In this document: in pieces, positions 8,219 to 17,198 of the stretch
How positions within the stretch are numbered: the stretch's first letter is position 1
Layout: every line of letters begins with the position of its first letter
Assembly: GCA_050742075.1 (NCBI GenBank)
Contig: JBOGEW010000319.1
Span: forward strand, 1-25,362
Origin: Acidimicrobiia bacterium
Lineage (GTDB): Bacteria > Actinomycetota > Acidimicrobiia > Spongiisociales > ZC4RG35
Length of the DNA: 25,362 bases
Reading direction: 5' to 3'
The notes under the pieces: model-generated
Databases searched by the model: none
Told to the model about the DNA's origin: nothing
What the model saw: only the letters and a program-made list of their open reading frames with translations
Translations under genes and position numbers: made by a program

Positions 8219-8246
8219 TTCGGAGTCGACGACGTTCCTGGTTTGG
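8219..8246 (-). promoter_or_regulatory. Putative SigK-type autoregulatory promoter
   Basis: The minus strand reads CCAAACC-N17-CGAA, ending 12 nt before the first sigK ATG. This resembles the mycobacterial SigK consensus (CC-rich -35, CGAA -10). Confidence 0.55.
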
Positions 8247-8286
8247 TCCGATCGCGCCCTGTTTGGACGACTGCAACAATCGGGCT

Positions 8287-9966
8287 ATGACGCAAATCGA
8301 CCGCCTCGCCGCCGATTACTGGGATCGCTACCTCGAAGCTAACCCCAGTACTGCCACGATCCTCGGCGACCATCGCTTCGACCACCTTCTCGACGACATC
8401 TCCCCGGAGGCGACCGAGGACGTGCTAACTCAATTCCGTCGATTCCATGACGAGGCCGAGGCTCTCACGGAAGCTGAACTCGACCACCAGGGCCGAATCA
8501 CCCGCGCGATGCTCGTGTCCGAATCGATGGTCGGTATCGACATGATCGAGACCGGCATCCTCTTTGGCGCCTGCGACCCCAACACCGGTGTGTTGGTGGG
8601 TTTGCTCCAAGCCGCTGGTCAAACCGTGGCCACCTCCCCCGAGAACGCGGCGGCCCTGGTCGAGCGCTATCGGCAGGTACCGCGTCTCTTCGATCAGGCC
8701 TTGGAACGCCATCTCTCCGAGTTCGGCACCGGGCGAACCGCCACCGCGTCCAATATCTCGCGGGTTCTGAGCCAGCTCGACGGATATCTCGGGAGTGACG
8801 CGTCCGATGACCCCTTCGCCCAGACCGCCGGCCCCGAAGACTGGGACGGCCTCGGCGACTGGCGCCGCCAGCTCGAACAAATCTCGACCGAGGTGATTCG
8901 GCCGGCACTGAGCAATTACCGAGAGGGCGTGCAACAACTTCTCGGCCGGGGCCGCGATGACGATCATCCCGGCATCTGTCACATCCCCCGCGGGGAGGAG
9001 GACTACCTGCGGGCAATCAGGACTTTCACCAACCTCCCCTTTGACGCCCAGGAACTGCACGACATCGGGCGAGAGGAGGCGGAGGGTCGCCTGGCCGACG
9101 AGTTCCGGGCATTGGGCGAGAACACGCTGGGCACGTCAGATCTGTCCGAGGTGCTCGATCGGCTGCGAAACGACCCCGCCCTTCGCTATGAGGACGCGGC
9201 CGAGATCACCAACGACGCCGAAACCTATGTCTCCCGCTCCTGGGCCGCCGCTCCCGATTGGTTCAACCTCAAACCGTCCGCCAACTGCGCGGTCAAAGAG
9301 GTGCCGGCAGCGATCGCCAAGGACGTCCCACCGGCCTACTACTACCCACCGGCCACAGACGGGTCGCGGCCCGGCATCTATTTCATCAACACGTACGACG
9401 CCCCCGGTCGGGCGCGTTACTCCGGTGAGGCGGTTGCCTACCACGAGGCCAACCCCGGCCATCACTTCCAGCTGACACTTTCCTCCGAGTTGGGAGACAT
9501 CCCCGAATTTCGAAAGCATGCCTTGACCTACGCATTCGTCGAGGGTTGGGGCCTCTACTCCGAACGGCTCGCCGACGAGATGGGTCTCTACTCGAGCGAC
9601 CTGGCGCGGCTGGGAATGGTTTCCGCCGATGCCTGGAGGGCCTGCCGACTGGTGGTCGATACCGGTCTGCACGCCCTGGGCTGGACCCGCCAGCAGGCGG
9701 TCGATTACATGCACAATTGGTGTGCGATCGATGAGCCCTCGGTGCAGGTGGAAGTTGATCGCTACATCGGAATGCCGGGCCAGGCCCTCGCCTACAAGGT
9801 CGGTCAGCGCGAGATCTTCCGTCTCCGGGAGAGGGCCCAGGTCGATCTCGGTGATGGGTTCGACATCAAGGACTTCCACGACGTCTGCCTGGGGAGCGGC
9901 AACATCACCCTTCCGATCCTTTCGGACTTGGTGGAGAAGTGGCTGAAAGAGGTCCGGTCGGATTGA
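8287..9966 (+). CDS. DUF885 family protein (putative zinc metallopeptidase-like)
   Basis: Motifs AT.LGDHRFD, AYYYPP..DGSRPG, YHEANPGHHFQ, FVEGWGLYSE, RACRLVVDTGLH and EVDRYI..PGQALAYK.G. Confidence 0.92.
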   Translation: MTQIDRLAADYWDRYLEANPSTATILGDHRFDHLLDDISPEATEDVLTQFRRFHDEAEALTEAELDHQGRITRAMLVSESMVGIDMIETGILFGACDPNTGVLVGLLQAAGQTVATSPENAAALVERYRQVPRLFDQALERHLSEFGTGRTATASNISRVLSQLDGYLGSDASDDPFAQTAGPEDWDGLGDWRRQLEQISTEVIRPALSNYREGVQQLLGRGRDDDHPGICHIPRGEEDYLRAIRTFTNLPFDAQELHDIGREEAEGRLADEFRALGENTLGTSDLSEVLDRLRNDPALRYEDAAEITNDAETYVSRSWAAAPDWFNLKPSANCAVKEVPAAIAKDVPPAYYYPPATDGSRPGIYFINTYDAPGRARYSGEAVAYHEANPGHHFQLTLSSELGDIPEFRKHALTYAFVEGWGLYSERLADEMGLYSSDLARLGMVSADAWRACRLVVDTGLHALGWTRQQAVDYMHNWCAIDEPSVQVEVDRYIGMPGQALAYKVGQREIFRLRERAQVDLGDGFDIKDFHDVCLGSGNITLPILSDLVEKWLKEVRSD

Positions 9967-10757
9967 GATCAACTCGCGTATTTGGCTCTCCGTCGGTGGC
10001 GATAGTCGACGTCTCCTGCGAGCCAGGCCCACAGCGACCGAGCGATATCGAAGTCGAGCCCGCTTTCGGGATCAGCATTCCCCGACGGGGGGTCTACATC
10101 CACGAGACCCCCGGAGGTCGAGTGATCGCGGATCCGACGGTGGCTCTCTTCCGCAGCGAGGGAGCCGAGCAGATCACGATTCATCCCACCAACGCAGGTG
10201 ACGCCAACACCGAGATCCAGTTTCCCGTCACGGTCGTGGAGCCGTTGCTCGATCGGCATGGGCGATTCCGACGGGCCTCGGTCCCGATCGCCGATTGGTT
10301 GGCGATCAGACACCATCGGTTGCGTGTCCTCCCCAGGTCGGCCACGTCTTCAGCGCTCGAAATCGAAGAGGAAGCGCTCGATTTGCTCCGCCTCACTCAC
10401 TTCCTCCCACCCCCGACCGATCCAACGGCACGGGCGCGAGTTCTGGTCGAAACCACGAGGGAGCAGCTCGGCGCCAGCTATCAGGAGAACATTGACTTGG
10501 CCACGATTGCCCGGCGGGTGGGATCGTCGCCCTTTCATCTCAGCCGGGTCTTCAAGCAAACGACCGGCACGCGGATGACCGAGTATCGGACCACCCTACG
10601 CGTGCGTCACGTCCTCAACCGCCTCGCTGACGGAGCCGACGACCTGGCTCGACTGGCGGTGGAGGCCGGTTTCTACGACCACGCCCACATGAGCAAGGAA
10701 TTTCGCCGGCGGCTCGGCTCGGCCCCTTCGGCGATGAGGTCGCTGCTCGCCGGCTGA
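9963..10757 (+). CDS. AraC family transcriptional regulator
   Basis: C-terminal double HTH: LATIARRVGSSPFHLSRVFK...LAVEAGFYDHAHMSKEFRR.LG..PS. Start is either TTG 9963 (overlapping the DUF885 stop) or GTG 9939. Confidence 0.87.
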   Translation: MRSTRVFGSPSVAIVDVSCEPGPQRPSDIEVEPAFGISIPRRGVYIHETPGGRVIADPTVALFRSEGAEQITIHPTNAGDANTEIQFPVTVVEPLLDRHGRFRRASVPIADWLAIRHHRLRVLPRSATSSALEIEEEALDLLRLTHFLPPPTDPTARARVLVETTREQLGASYQENIDLATIARRVGSSPFHLSRVFKQTTGTRMTEYRTTLRVRHVLNRLADGADDLARLAVEAGFYDHAHMSKEFRRRLGSAPSAMRSLLAG

Positions 10758-10762
10758 GAATC

Positions 10763-10777
10763 GCAAGGATCTACAAG
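10763..10777 (+). promoter_or_regulatory. Possible AraC-family binding site upstream of the MFS gene
   Basis: GCAAGGATCTACAAG has CAAG repeated 10 nt apart, about 35 nt upstream of the MFS start. The function is inferred from position. Confidence 0.35.
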
Positions 10778-10810
10778 CGCCCCCCGGCGCAAACCCCGAA
10801 GAATTGGGAG

Positions 10811-12019
10811 GTGCGGTCAAGCTCGGCTTTTCGAAGGCTGCTACTGGCATCAACGATCTCAAATCTCGGCGACGGCGTCATCGTCGCCGCCTTTCCCCTG
10901 CTCGCCGCCTCGATCTCCTCCTCCCCGCAAGCGGTGGCGGGAATGACTGCCGCCGCCACCTTGCCGTGGCTTCTCTTCGGGCTTCCCGCCGGGGTGGTCG
11001 TCGATCGCGTTGATCGGGTGATGTTGATGTGGGTGGTCGATCTGCTGCGGGCCGGGGTGGTTGGGCTGCTGGGACTGGCCGTGGCGACCGGCAACGCTTC
11101 ACTACCGGCGCTCTACACAGTGGTCTTCGTGCTCGGCGTGGCCGAGACATTGTTCGACTCGGCAGCAATGGCCGTCGTTCCGACCGTGGTGGAAGGCGGT
11201 TCCCTGGAGCGAGCCAACGGCCGTCTCTTCGCCGGACAGCTCACGGCCAACCAGTTCGTCGGGCCTCCGATCGGGGCACTGTTGTTTGGATTGATTGCGG
11301 CCCTGCCCGCCTTCTTCGACAGCCTGACGTTCCTCGTCAGCTCGCTTCTGCTGGTAGGTCTCCGAGTTGCGCGGGCCCCAAGAGCGGTGGAGCGGCATTC
11401 GCTGGGATCTGACCTACGAGAGGGCCTGGTCTGGGTGTGGCGCCACCACAACATCAGAACTCTGGCCATTGGGGCGGCGGTGATAAACCTGTCGCAAACC
11501 GCGGCGATGGCGATTCTGGTCCTCTTCGCTAGCGACGTACTCGGGCTTCCCGAGATCGGATTCGGGGCGTTGTTCGTCGCTTCCGCAATGGGAGCGCTGG
11601 CCGGAAGCCTCGGCGCCGGCCGGGTGGCCGCCACCTGGGATCGACGTCGCATCGTGGTGGCATCGGTGGGGGCGATGGCACTCAGCCTGCTCGCAATTGG
11701 TTTGGCCAGATCGATTCCCGTGACCTTCGTCGGGATGGCGATCATGAGCCTCGGCACCGAATTCTGGAACGTGGTGGCGGTGAGTTATCGCCAGGGTGCC
11801 ACCCCTGATCGCCTCCTCGGCCGAGTTATGAGCGCCTATCGATTTATTGCCTACGGTTCCTTTCCGCTGGGAGCGCTTCTTGGCGGTTGGTTGGCAACTC
11901 GCTTCCGTCTCGAGACGACGTTCGTGGTAGGTGGAGGGTTACTAGCGGGCCTGACCATCTTCGTTGCTCGCGCATTGGAAAGCTTGGATGCGGTCGAAGA
12001 GCAACCTGCTCCCAGCTGA
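10811..12019 (+). CDS. MFS transporter (DHA3/MFS_3-like efflux)
   Basis: Motifs ISNLGDG, LPWLLFGLPAGVVVDRVDR (motif A), LERANGRL, DLREGL.WVW and PDRLLGRV. About 12 TM helices. Confidence 0.9.
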   Translation: MRSSSAFRRLLLASTISNLGDGVIVAAFPLLAASISSSPQAVAGMTAAATLPWLLFGLPAGVVVDRVDRVMLMWVVDLLRAGVVGLLGLAVATGNASLPALYTVVFVLGVAETLFDSAAMAVVPTVVEGGSLERANGRLFAGQLTANQFVGPPIGALLFGLIAALPAFFDSLTFLVSSLLLVGLRVARAPRAVERHSLGSDLREGLVWVWRHHNIRTLAIGAAVINLSQTAAMAILVLFASDVLGLPEIGFGALFVASAMGALAGSLGAGRVAATWDRRRIVVASVGAMALSLLAIGLARSIPVTFVGMAIMSLGTEFWNVVAVSYRQGATPDRLLGRVMSAYRFIAYGSFPLGALLGGWLATRFRLETTFVVGGGLLAGLTIFVARALESLDAVEEQPAPS

Positions 12020-12027
12020 GCTTTTTG

Positions 12028-12068
12028 TGTGTCGATTTACCTCGGGTGAGACCGGGTAAATCGACACA
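12028..12068. terminator. Inverted repeat between the convergent MFS and tRNA-Ser genes (probable terminator)
   Basis: Perfect 14-bp arms TGTGTCGATTTACC (12028-12041) and GGTAAATCGACACA (12055-12068). No classic U-tract follows on either strand. Confidence 0.6.
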
Positions 12069-12074
12069 GTTCGG

Positions 12075-12165
12075 CGGAGAGGGAGGGATTTGAACCCTCG
12101 GGAGAGCTATATCACCCTCCACTCGCTTAGCAGGCGAGCGCCTTCGACCACTCGGCCACCTCTCC
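12075..12165 (-). tRNA. tRNA-Ser (GCT)
   Basis: GGAGAGG/CCTCTCC acceptor stem, anticodon arm CTCGC-CTGCTAA-GCGAG, long variable arm and GGTTCAAATCC T-arm. CCA is not encoded. Confidence 0.96.
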
Positions 12166-12252
12166 ACACCCGGTCACTATTCCAACCTGGTGCCGGTCTG
12201 CCCCCATTCCATCACGGATCGGCTTCTTTGAGCAATAGCGGCCAAGGTCCCC

Positions 12253-12300
12253 ATTAGGAAGCCATAGGGATGTGCTTGCCCGTGTCAGGAATCCATCAAG
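12253..12300 (+). promoter_or_regulatory. Phased hexamer boxes (putative KdpE/OmpR-type site) upstream of the small membrane ORF
   Basis: ATTAGG (12253), ATAGGG (12264), GTCAGG (12284) and ATCAAG (12295). The 17-mer at 12284-12300 matches the reverse complement of 14964-14980 at 13/17 positions. Confidence 0.5.
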
Positions 12301-12342
12301 GCTTCATTCCAGGGACCGGAACCGCCCTAGAACAACTCAGGT

Positions 12343-12531
12343 ATGCCAAATGCGCCAGTCCGACATCGAATACCGACGGGGGTTGGTCTCGATGAAACCA
12401 CCAAGTCCCGCCCGCAAGGCGCCGAGAACGACGGCCTCTTGGTCGCCTTGGCGCTCTTGGGAGCGGTGTTCGGCTGGGTGCTGGCCGTGATTGCGGCCCT
12501 GGTGGCGGCCGTCGTGTTGATCGTCTCCTGA
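12343..12531 (+). CDS. Small hypothetical membrane protein (62 aa)
   Basis: Polar N-terminus and a ~30-aa hydrophobic C-terminus. Ends 7 nt from the convergent kimA-like stop. No family recognised. Confidence 0.55.
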   Translation: MPNAPVRHRIPTGVGLDETTKSRPQGAENDGLLVALALLGAVFGWVLAVIAALVAAVVLIVS

Positions 12532-12538
12532 TCCCAGG

Positions 12539-14854
12539 TCAGGCTCTCACCGAATCCGTCTCTTTGAGATGACCAGCCGTGGAGAGGTGGAACGGCACGC
12601 TGGTCACTGCGACGTCCGGTTCGGCCGCGAATACGCCCTTGATGGCCAGGCCGGTTTGATTGTGCAGCAGCTGACCAAGTCGACCAGAAACGATGAACTC
12701 CGGCAGCATGACATTGATCAGGGTGCCGGGAGGCTCATCTCGGCGCTTCCGTCTGACGTATCTGATGAGGGGCCGAGTGATACCCCGATACGGGCTGTGA
12801 ATTATCTCCAGCTCTGGAGCGAGACCGTTGGCGAGCCAAGCCGCCTCGACTCGTTCCCGCTGTTGCTCGTCAACGTCGACATGGACGCAATGCAGTGCAT
12901 CCGGACGTAACTGCTTGGCATACTCAAGCGCATCGAGGGTGGGTCTAGTGACCTCGCTTACCGTCAGCACCAGCACATGTCGATCGATAGTCGCCTGCGG
13001 GACTCGATGAGCCCGCCGGCCCTGCACCACGGTTAGATCCGTCACTGCTACTCCGGGCTCGAACAAGAGCAGCGCCTTGAGGATGAGGCTGTGGGGGTGG
13101 CTAAAGATGGTCCGCAACTTGCGGGTACGAAAGCGCTCAGCCAGAACGACCGTTATCCGCGCATCTGGGTGAGCATCTCTCTCGGCGCGGATGTAGTTGC
13201 GGATCCGTCGGACAATGGGCTCACGGTCTGGTTCAAGCAGAACGAGTGGATGCTGTGGGTAGAGCCGGCCCCAGATGTGTACCAGGTCTTCACTTTCCTC
13301 GGGCTCAACCGCGTGGACAACGTTGATGCTTTCGGGGTCGATCAGTGCCGCATAGCGAAGAGCGCGTTCGGTGGCTGAGTCGGTGTGAGCGGCGAGAACG
13401 ATCACACGATGTGATTTCGGATGACCGTTGGGAGGGACGTGGCCGAGATGCAAAGCCACCCGGCGATAGTGCCGGTTGATACCCATCATCCCTGCCACCA
13501 GCAACGGCACCGCCACCATGACTATCCAAGCTCCATGTGAAAATTTGACGACTGACACGATGACGAGCACGACCCCAGTCGTCGTCGCCCCCAGAGCGTT
13601 GATGACCACCGAGCGAGCCCAGCCGCGTTCGCGTGTCCTTATCCAATGTCTCACCATTCCGGATTGGCTGAGAGTGAAGCTGGTGAAGACTCCGACCACG
13701 TAGAGCTGAATCAGCCTCGAAACCTGGGCGTCAAAGGCCACCAGTAACAGCCCGGCGAGGAGAGCAAGAGCGAAAACTCCGTTGGAGAAGACCAACCGGT
13801 CGCCACGGTTGCGAAACTGCCGGGGCATGAAGCGATACCGAGCCAGAATCGCCGACAACCGAGGAAAGTCCTGATAGGCGGTGTTGGCCGCCAGGATCAG
13901 TACGCCTGCCGTCACGACCTGCAGAATCCAAAACCCCACACCGCCACTGAATGCGGTACGGCCGATCTGAGAGATGACGGTCCCATATTCGTCGACCAAG
14001 TGCTCGGAGGTTCTGACGTCGAACAGTCGCGCAAGAGTCGAGATTCCCAGGAACATCGAAATCGAGATGACGGCCATGATCCCGAGGGTGGCGGCGGCGT
14101 TACGGCTCTTCGGTTCTCGGAACGCCTGGACACCATCAGCCACGGCCTCCACACCAGTCAGAGCCGTAGATCCAGAAGCGAAGGCCCGCAGGATCAGAAA
14201 CAAGGTGATGCCACCGAGCTCGGGCACGAGATCGGTTCCGGCCGAGGGGGCTCGTGGACAGACGCCATCGGCGCATTGCCAAAACCCAACAATCAGCATC
14301 GTGAAGACCGTGACCACGAACGCATACGTTGGGAGCGCAAACAGACGGGAAGATTCTTTCGTCCCCCGCAGGTTCATAACAGTCAGCAGCACGACGAAGG
14401 CCAGAGCGAGCTCGACCCGCCACTCGAGCAACGTCGGGTAGGCGGAGGTGATCGCCGCCACCCCCGCGGCTGCCGAAACGGCCACCGTCAGCACGTAATC
14501 GGTCAGGATGGCGGCCGCCGCCACCACCCCCGGACCAACGCCCAGATTCTCGAGAGTGACGATGAAGGCTCCCCCACCCTGTGGATAGGCACGAATGGTC
14601 TGGCGGTAGGAGACAACTACCACCGTGAGCAGGGCAGCGACAGCCAAACTGATGGGCGTCAACAGACGGAGGGCGCCTGCCCCGGCCAGGGCAAGGACGA
14701 GCATCGCCTCCTCGGAGGCATAGGCGACCGAGGAGAGGGGATCAGAGGCGAATACCGGCAGGGCCAAACGCTTGGGAAGGAGCTGCTCGGCTTCGTCGTG
14801 AGAGGAGAGAGGCCGGCCAATGACCCGGCGCTTGACTGTCGTCCAAGAAGTCAT
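12539..14854 (-). CDS. KimA/YdaO-like APC-fold K+ transporter with a tandem-duplicated cytosolic domain
   Basis: Motifs FASDPLSSVAY, DYVLTVAVS, NLRGTKES, ALTGVEA, AANTAYQDFPRL, GDRLVFSNG and LIQLY.VGVF..FTLSQ.GM. Two similar C-terminal alpha/beta units, the second with SPYR and LHNQT. Confidence 0.88.
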   Translation of the reverse strand: MTSWTTVKRRVIGRPLSSHDEAEQLLPKRLALPVFASDPLSSVAYASEEAMLVLALAGAGALRLLTPISLAVAALLTVVVVSYRQTIRAYPQGGGAFIVTLENLGVGPGVVAAAAILTDYVLTVAVSAAAGVAAITSAYPTLLEWRVELALAFVVLLTVMNLRGTKESSRLFALPTYAFVVTVFTMLIVGFWQCADGVCPRAPSAGTDLVPELGGITLFLILRAFASGSTALTGVEAVADGVQAFREPKSRNAAATLGIMAVISISMFLGISTLARLFDVRTSEHLVDEYGTVISQIGRTAFSGGVGFWILQVVTAGVLILAANTAYQDFPRLSAILARYRFMPRQFRNRGDRLVFSNGVFALALLAGLLLVAFDAQVSRLIQLYVVGVFTSFTLSQSGMVRHWIRTRERGWARSVVINALGATTTGVVLVIVSVVKFSHGAWIVMVAVPLLVAGMMGINRHYRRVALHLGHVPPNGHPKSHRVIVLAAHTDSATERALRYAALIDPESINVVHAVEPEESEDLVHIWGRLYPQHPLVLLEPDREPIVRRIRNYIRAERDAHPDARITVVLAERFRTRKLRTIFSHPHSLILKALLLFEPGVAVTDLTVVQGRRAHRVPQATIDRHVLVLTVSEVTRPTLDALEYAKQLRPDALHCVHVDVDEQQRERVEAAWLANGLAPELEIIHSPYRGITRPLIRYVRRKRRDEPPGTLINVMLPEFIVSGRLGQLLHNQTGLAIKGVFAAEPDVAVTSVPFHLSTAGHLKETDSVRA

Positions 14855-14930
14855 GGGACTACAAAGGGATATCAGTGAGGTGGAGTCGTCTCGCGACTAC
14901 GTCGTCAACTGACTGAGGGCCATCTGCCTC

Positions 14931-15003
14931 ATTGATACCCCGACCCACAGCCAAGCCCTCGATCTTGACGATTTCCTAACGGGTCGGTCCGAATCTTGAC
15001 GGG
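14931..15003 (-). promoter_or_regulatory. Putative KdpE boxes in the kimA-like/kdpD divergent region
   Basis: ATCTTGACG occurs twice (14962, 14993). CCTAAC at 14975 lies 11 nt after CTTGAC at 14964, and ATTGAT at 14931 lies 33 nt before it. This helical phasing is typical of OmpR-family sites. Confidence 0.55.
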
Positions 15004-15021
15004 TTCGAGCGGTTGTAGCTT

Positions 15022-16494
15022 TTGAACGTGAAAAGCCACCGTCCGACTTGGCATCAGTCCCGCGAGGCGCTGCCGCGGACGCGGACGACGAGTGCCTGGG
15101 CCGTTGCGATTGTCGGACTCCCTCTCCTCACCTGGCTCCTCGACGGCCTGTCAGAACGCCTCGGTCTTCACAACGTGCTCCTCCTCTACCTCCTCGCAGC
15201 CGTCGTGGTGGGAGTGATCGGTGGCGTCCTCCCAGCGGTTGTTACTGCCCTTGCCGGATTCCTCCTCGCCAACTGGTTCTTCACCGAACCGCTCCATACC
15301 CTGATGGTGGGTGACCCGGATCACCTGGTTTCGATCTTCGTCTTCCTCGTGGTGGCATTGGCAGTCGGCCTTTTGGTCGGTCTGTCCACCCGGCGGAGTG
15401 CAGAAGCGCGGCGGGCCCGCGCTCAAGCAGAGGCTCTGGCCGCCAGCGTTTCTGCAGGTCGATCCGCTCTCGGATCCAACGAGCAAGGACTCGTAGCTCG
15501 AATCACAGAGGTTTTTTCTTTGGGGGCTGTGAGCCTGCTTCGCCGCGAGGGTGGTGCCTGGCAATCATTGGCCTGGTCCGGAGACCGTGAGCTCTTGGCG
15601 CCCGACGATGGCACCGAGGTGATCGAACTCACCCCGGATACGGTTCTGGTGCTCTTCGACGGACGCCTCACGGTCGATGACCGGATGGTTCTTCGCGCCT
15701 TCGCCGCTCAGATCGTCTTTGCCATGGAACGCGAGGAGCTCGAAGAAGAGGCACGAGCGGCGGAAGCCATGCTGGCGACCGATCGACTGCGCACTGCGCT
15801 CCTCGATGCGGTCTCCCACGACCTGCGGACGCCTCTCGCCACCATCAAGGCTTCGCTCACCAGCCTGCTCGAGACCGGGGTCGATTGGTCCCCAACCGAA
15901 ACCCGTTCGTTCTTGCAAGAAGCCGTCGACCAGGCCGAGCGCCTCAACCGGATGGTGGGACGCCTGCTCGACGCCAGTCGGCTCCAGGCCGGGGCGATGC
16001 ACGTGTTCTTCCGCCCGGTGGGACTCGATGAGGTCGTCTCTTCAGCGCTCTCGGGACTTGGCCATGCGTCGGAAAGGGTCTCGGTCGACATCTCTGAATC
16101 GCTGTCGCCGGTGCAAACAGACCCTGACCTCTTAGAACGGGCTGTGGCCAACCTCGTCGAGAACGCCTTGACTTGGTCGCGTCCCGGTGACCCAGTCCGG
16201 ATCACGGCGGCCGAAGTGGGTGGTCGGGTCGAATTGCGGATCATTGACCGGGGCCCGGGCATTCCGGTGGCCGCCCGCGACCTGGTTTTCCAACCATTCC
16301 AGCGACTGGGCCAGCAGTCGGGCGAAGGCGTTGGTTTGGGTCTCGCTGTTTCGCGGGGGTTACTTGACTCAATGGACAACAGTCTGACCATCGAAAACAC
16401 GCCCGGTGGCGGAACCACGATGGTCATCGCGTTCAAGTCCGCTGTCCTTCCGAAGTCCCCAGCAGAGCTTGCCCACCGGAGCACCCGTGCCTGA
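15022..16494 (+). CDS. kdpD: KdpD-like sensor kinase, short form (DUF4118 4-TM + GAF-like + HisKA + HATPase, no N-terminal KdpD/Usp domains)
   Basis: Motifs LLANWFFTEP.HTL, LRTALLDAVSHDLRTPLA, LLDASRLQAG, NLVENA, DRGPGIP, FQPFQRLG and GLGL. Confidence 0.88.
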   Translation: MNVKSHRPTWHQSREALPRTRTTSAWAVAIVGLPLLTWLLDGLSERLGLHNVLLLYLLAAVVVGVIGGVLPAVVTALAGFLLANWFFTEPLHTLMVGDPDHLVSIFVFLVVALAVGLLVGLSTRRSAEARRARAQAEALAASVSAGRSALGSNEQGLVARITEVFSLGAVSLLRREGGAWQSLAWSGDRELLAPDDGTEVIELTPDTVLVLFDGRLTVDDRMVLRAFAAQIVFAMEREELEEEARAAEAMLATDRLRTALLDAVSHDLRTPLATIKASLTSLLETGVDWSPTETRSFLQEAVDQAERLNRMVGRLLDASRLQAGAMHVFFRPVGLDEVVSSALSGLGHASERVSVDISESLSPVQTDPDLLERAVANLVENALTWSRPGDPVRITAAEVGGRVELRIIDRGPGIPVAARDLVFQPFQRLGQQSGEGVGLGLAVSRGLLDSMDNSLTIENTPGGGTTMVIAFKSAVLPKSPAELAHRSTRA

Positions 16495-17197
16495 GAAGCC
16501 GAGCATCCTCGTCGTCGACGACGAACCCGGGATCGTCCGGGCATTAGGCATCAACCTCAAGGCCCTCGGTTATCAGATTGAGGCGGCCGCCAATGGAGAA
16601 GAGGCCCTCCGCAAGGCGGCCGACCATCGACCGGACGCGGTCATCCTCGATCTGGGTCTCCCGGGAATAGACGGCGTTGACGTGATCCGAGGACTGCGGG
16701 GTTGGTCAAACGTCCCCATCATCGTCCTCTCGGTGCGCGAGGCAGAGCGGGAGAAGATCGCCGCCCTCGATGCCGGAGCCGACGACTACGTCACCAAGCC
16801 TTTCGGAATGGGCGAGCTTCTGGCCCGGTTGCGAGCCGCTCTCCGGCGGGATCTCGACCCCGAGACCGACCTACCGGTAATCAATTCAAAGGATTTCACA
16901 ATCGACCTCGCCCGGAAGCAAGTGACGAAGGCAGGAAAGGAGATCAAGCTCACTCCGACCGAATGGGGGCTGGTCGAGATCCTGGTCCGGCATCAGGGGA
17001 AGCTCGTTAGCCAATCTCAATTGCTGAAAGAGGTCTGGGGTCCTCAGTACGGGGAAGAAACCAACTATCTCCGGGTATTCATCGCCCAGATCAGACGCAA
17101 GCTCGAACCGCAGCCCAGCACACCGCGCTATTTCCTCACTGAACCGGGCATGGGATACCGCTTTCAGGTGCCTAGCGATGGTCAGGGCGGGTTTTGA
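16487..17197 (+). CDS. kdpE: KdpE-like response regulator
   Basis: Motifs ILVVDDEP, LDLGLP.IDG..VIRGLRGWS.VPII, GADDYVTKPF, LTPTEW, VWGPQY..ETNYLRV and TEPGMGYRF. GTG start overlaps the kdpD end. Confidence 0.93.
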   Translation: MPEKPSILVVDDEPGIVRALGINLKALGYQIEAAANGEEALRKAADHRPDAVILDLGLPGIDGVDVIRGLRGWSNVPIIVLSVREAEREKIAALDAGADDYVTKPFGMGELLARLRAALRRDLDPETDLPVINSKDFTIDLARKQVTKAGKEIKLTPTEWGLVEILVRHQGKLVSQSQLLKEVWGPQYGEETNYLRVFIAQIRRKLEPQPSTPRYFLTEPGMGYRFQVPSDGQGGF

Positions 17198-17198
17198 T

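Noticed and set aside
11844..12167. 107-aa minus-strand ORF
   Set aside because: It is a translation through tRNA-Ser(GCT) and antisense to the MFS gene.
14855..14930. c-di-AMP riboswitch expected upstream of a kimA/ydaO homologue
   Set aside because: Only a small AGTCG/CGACT hairpin is present, with none of the conserved ydaO elements.
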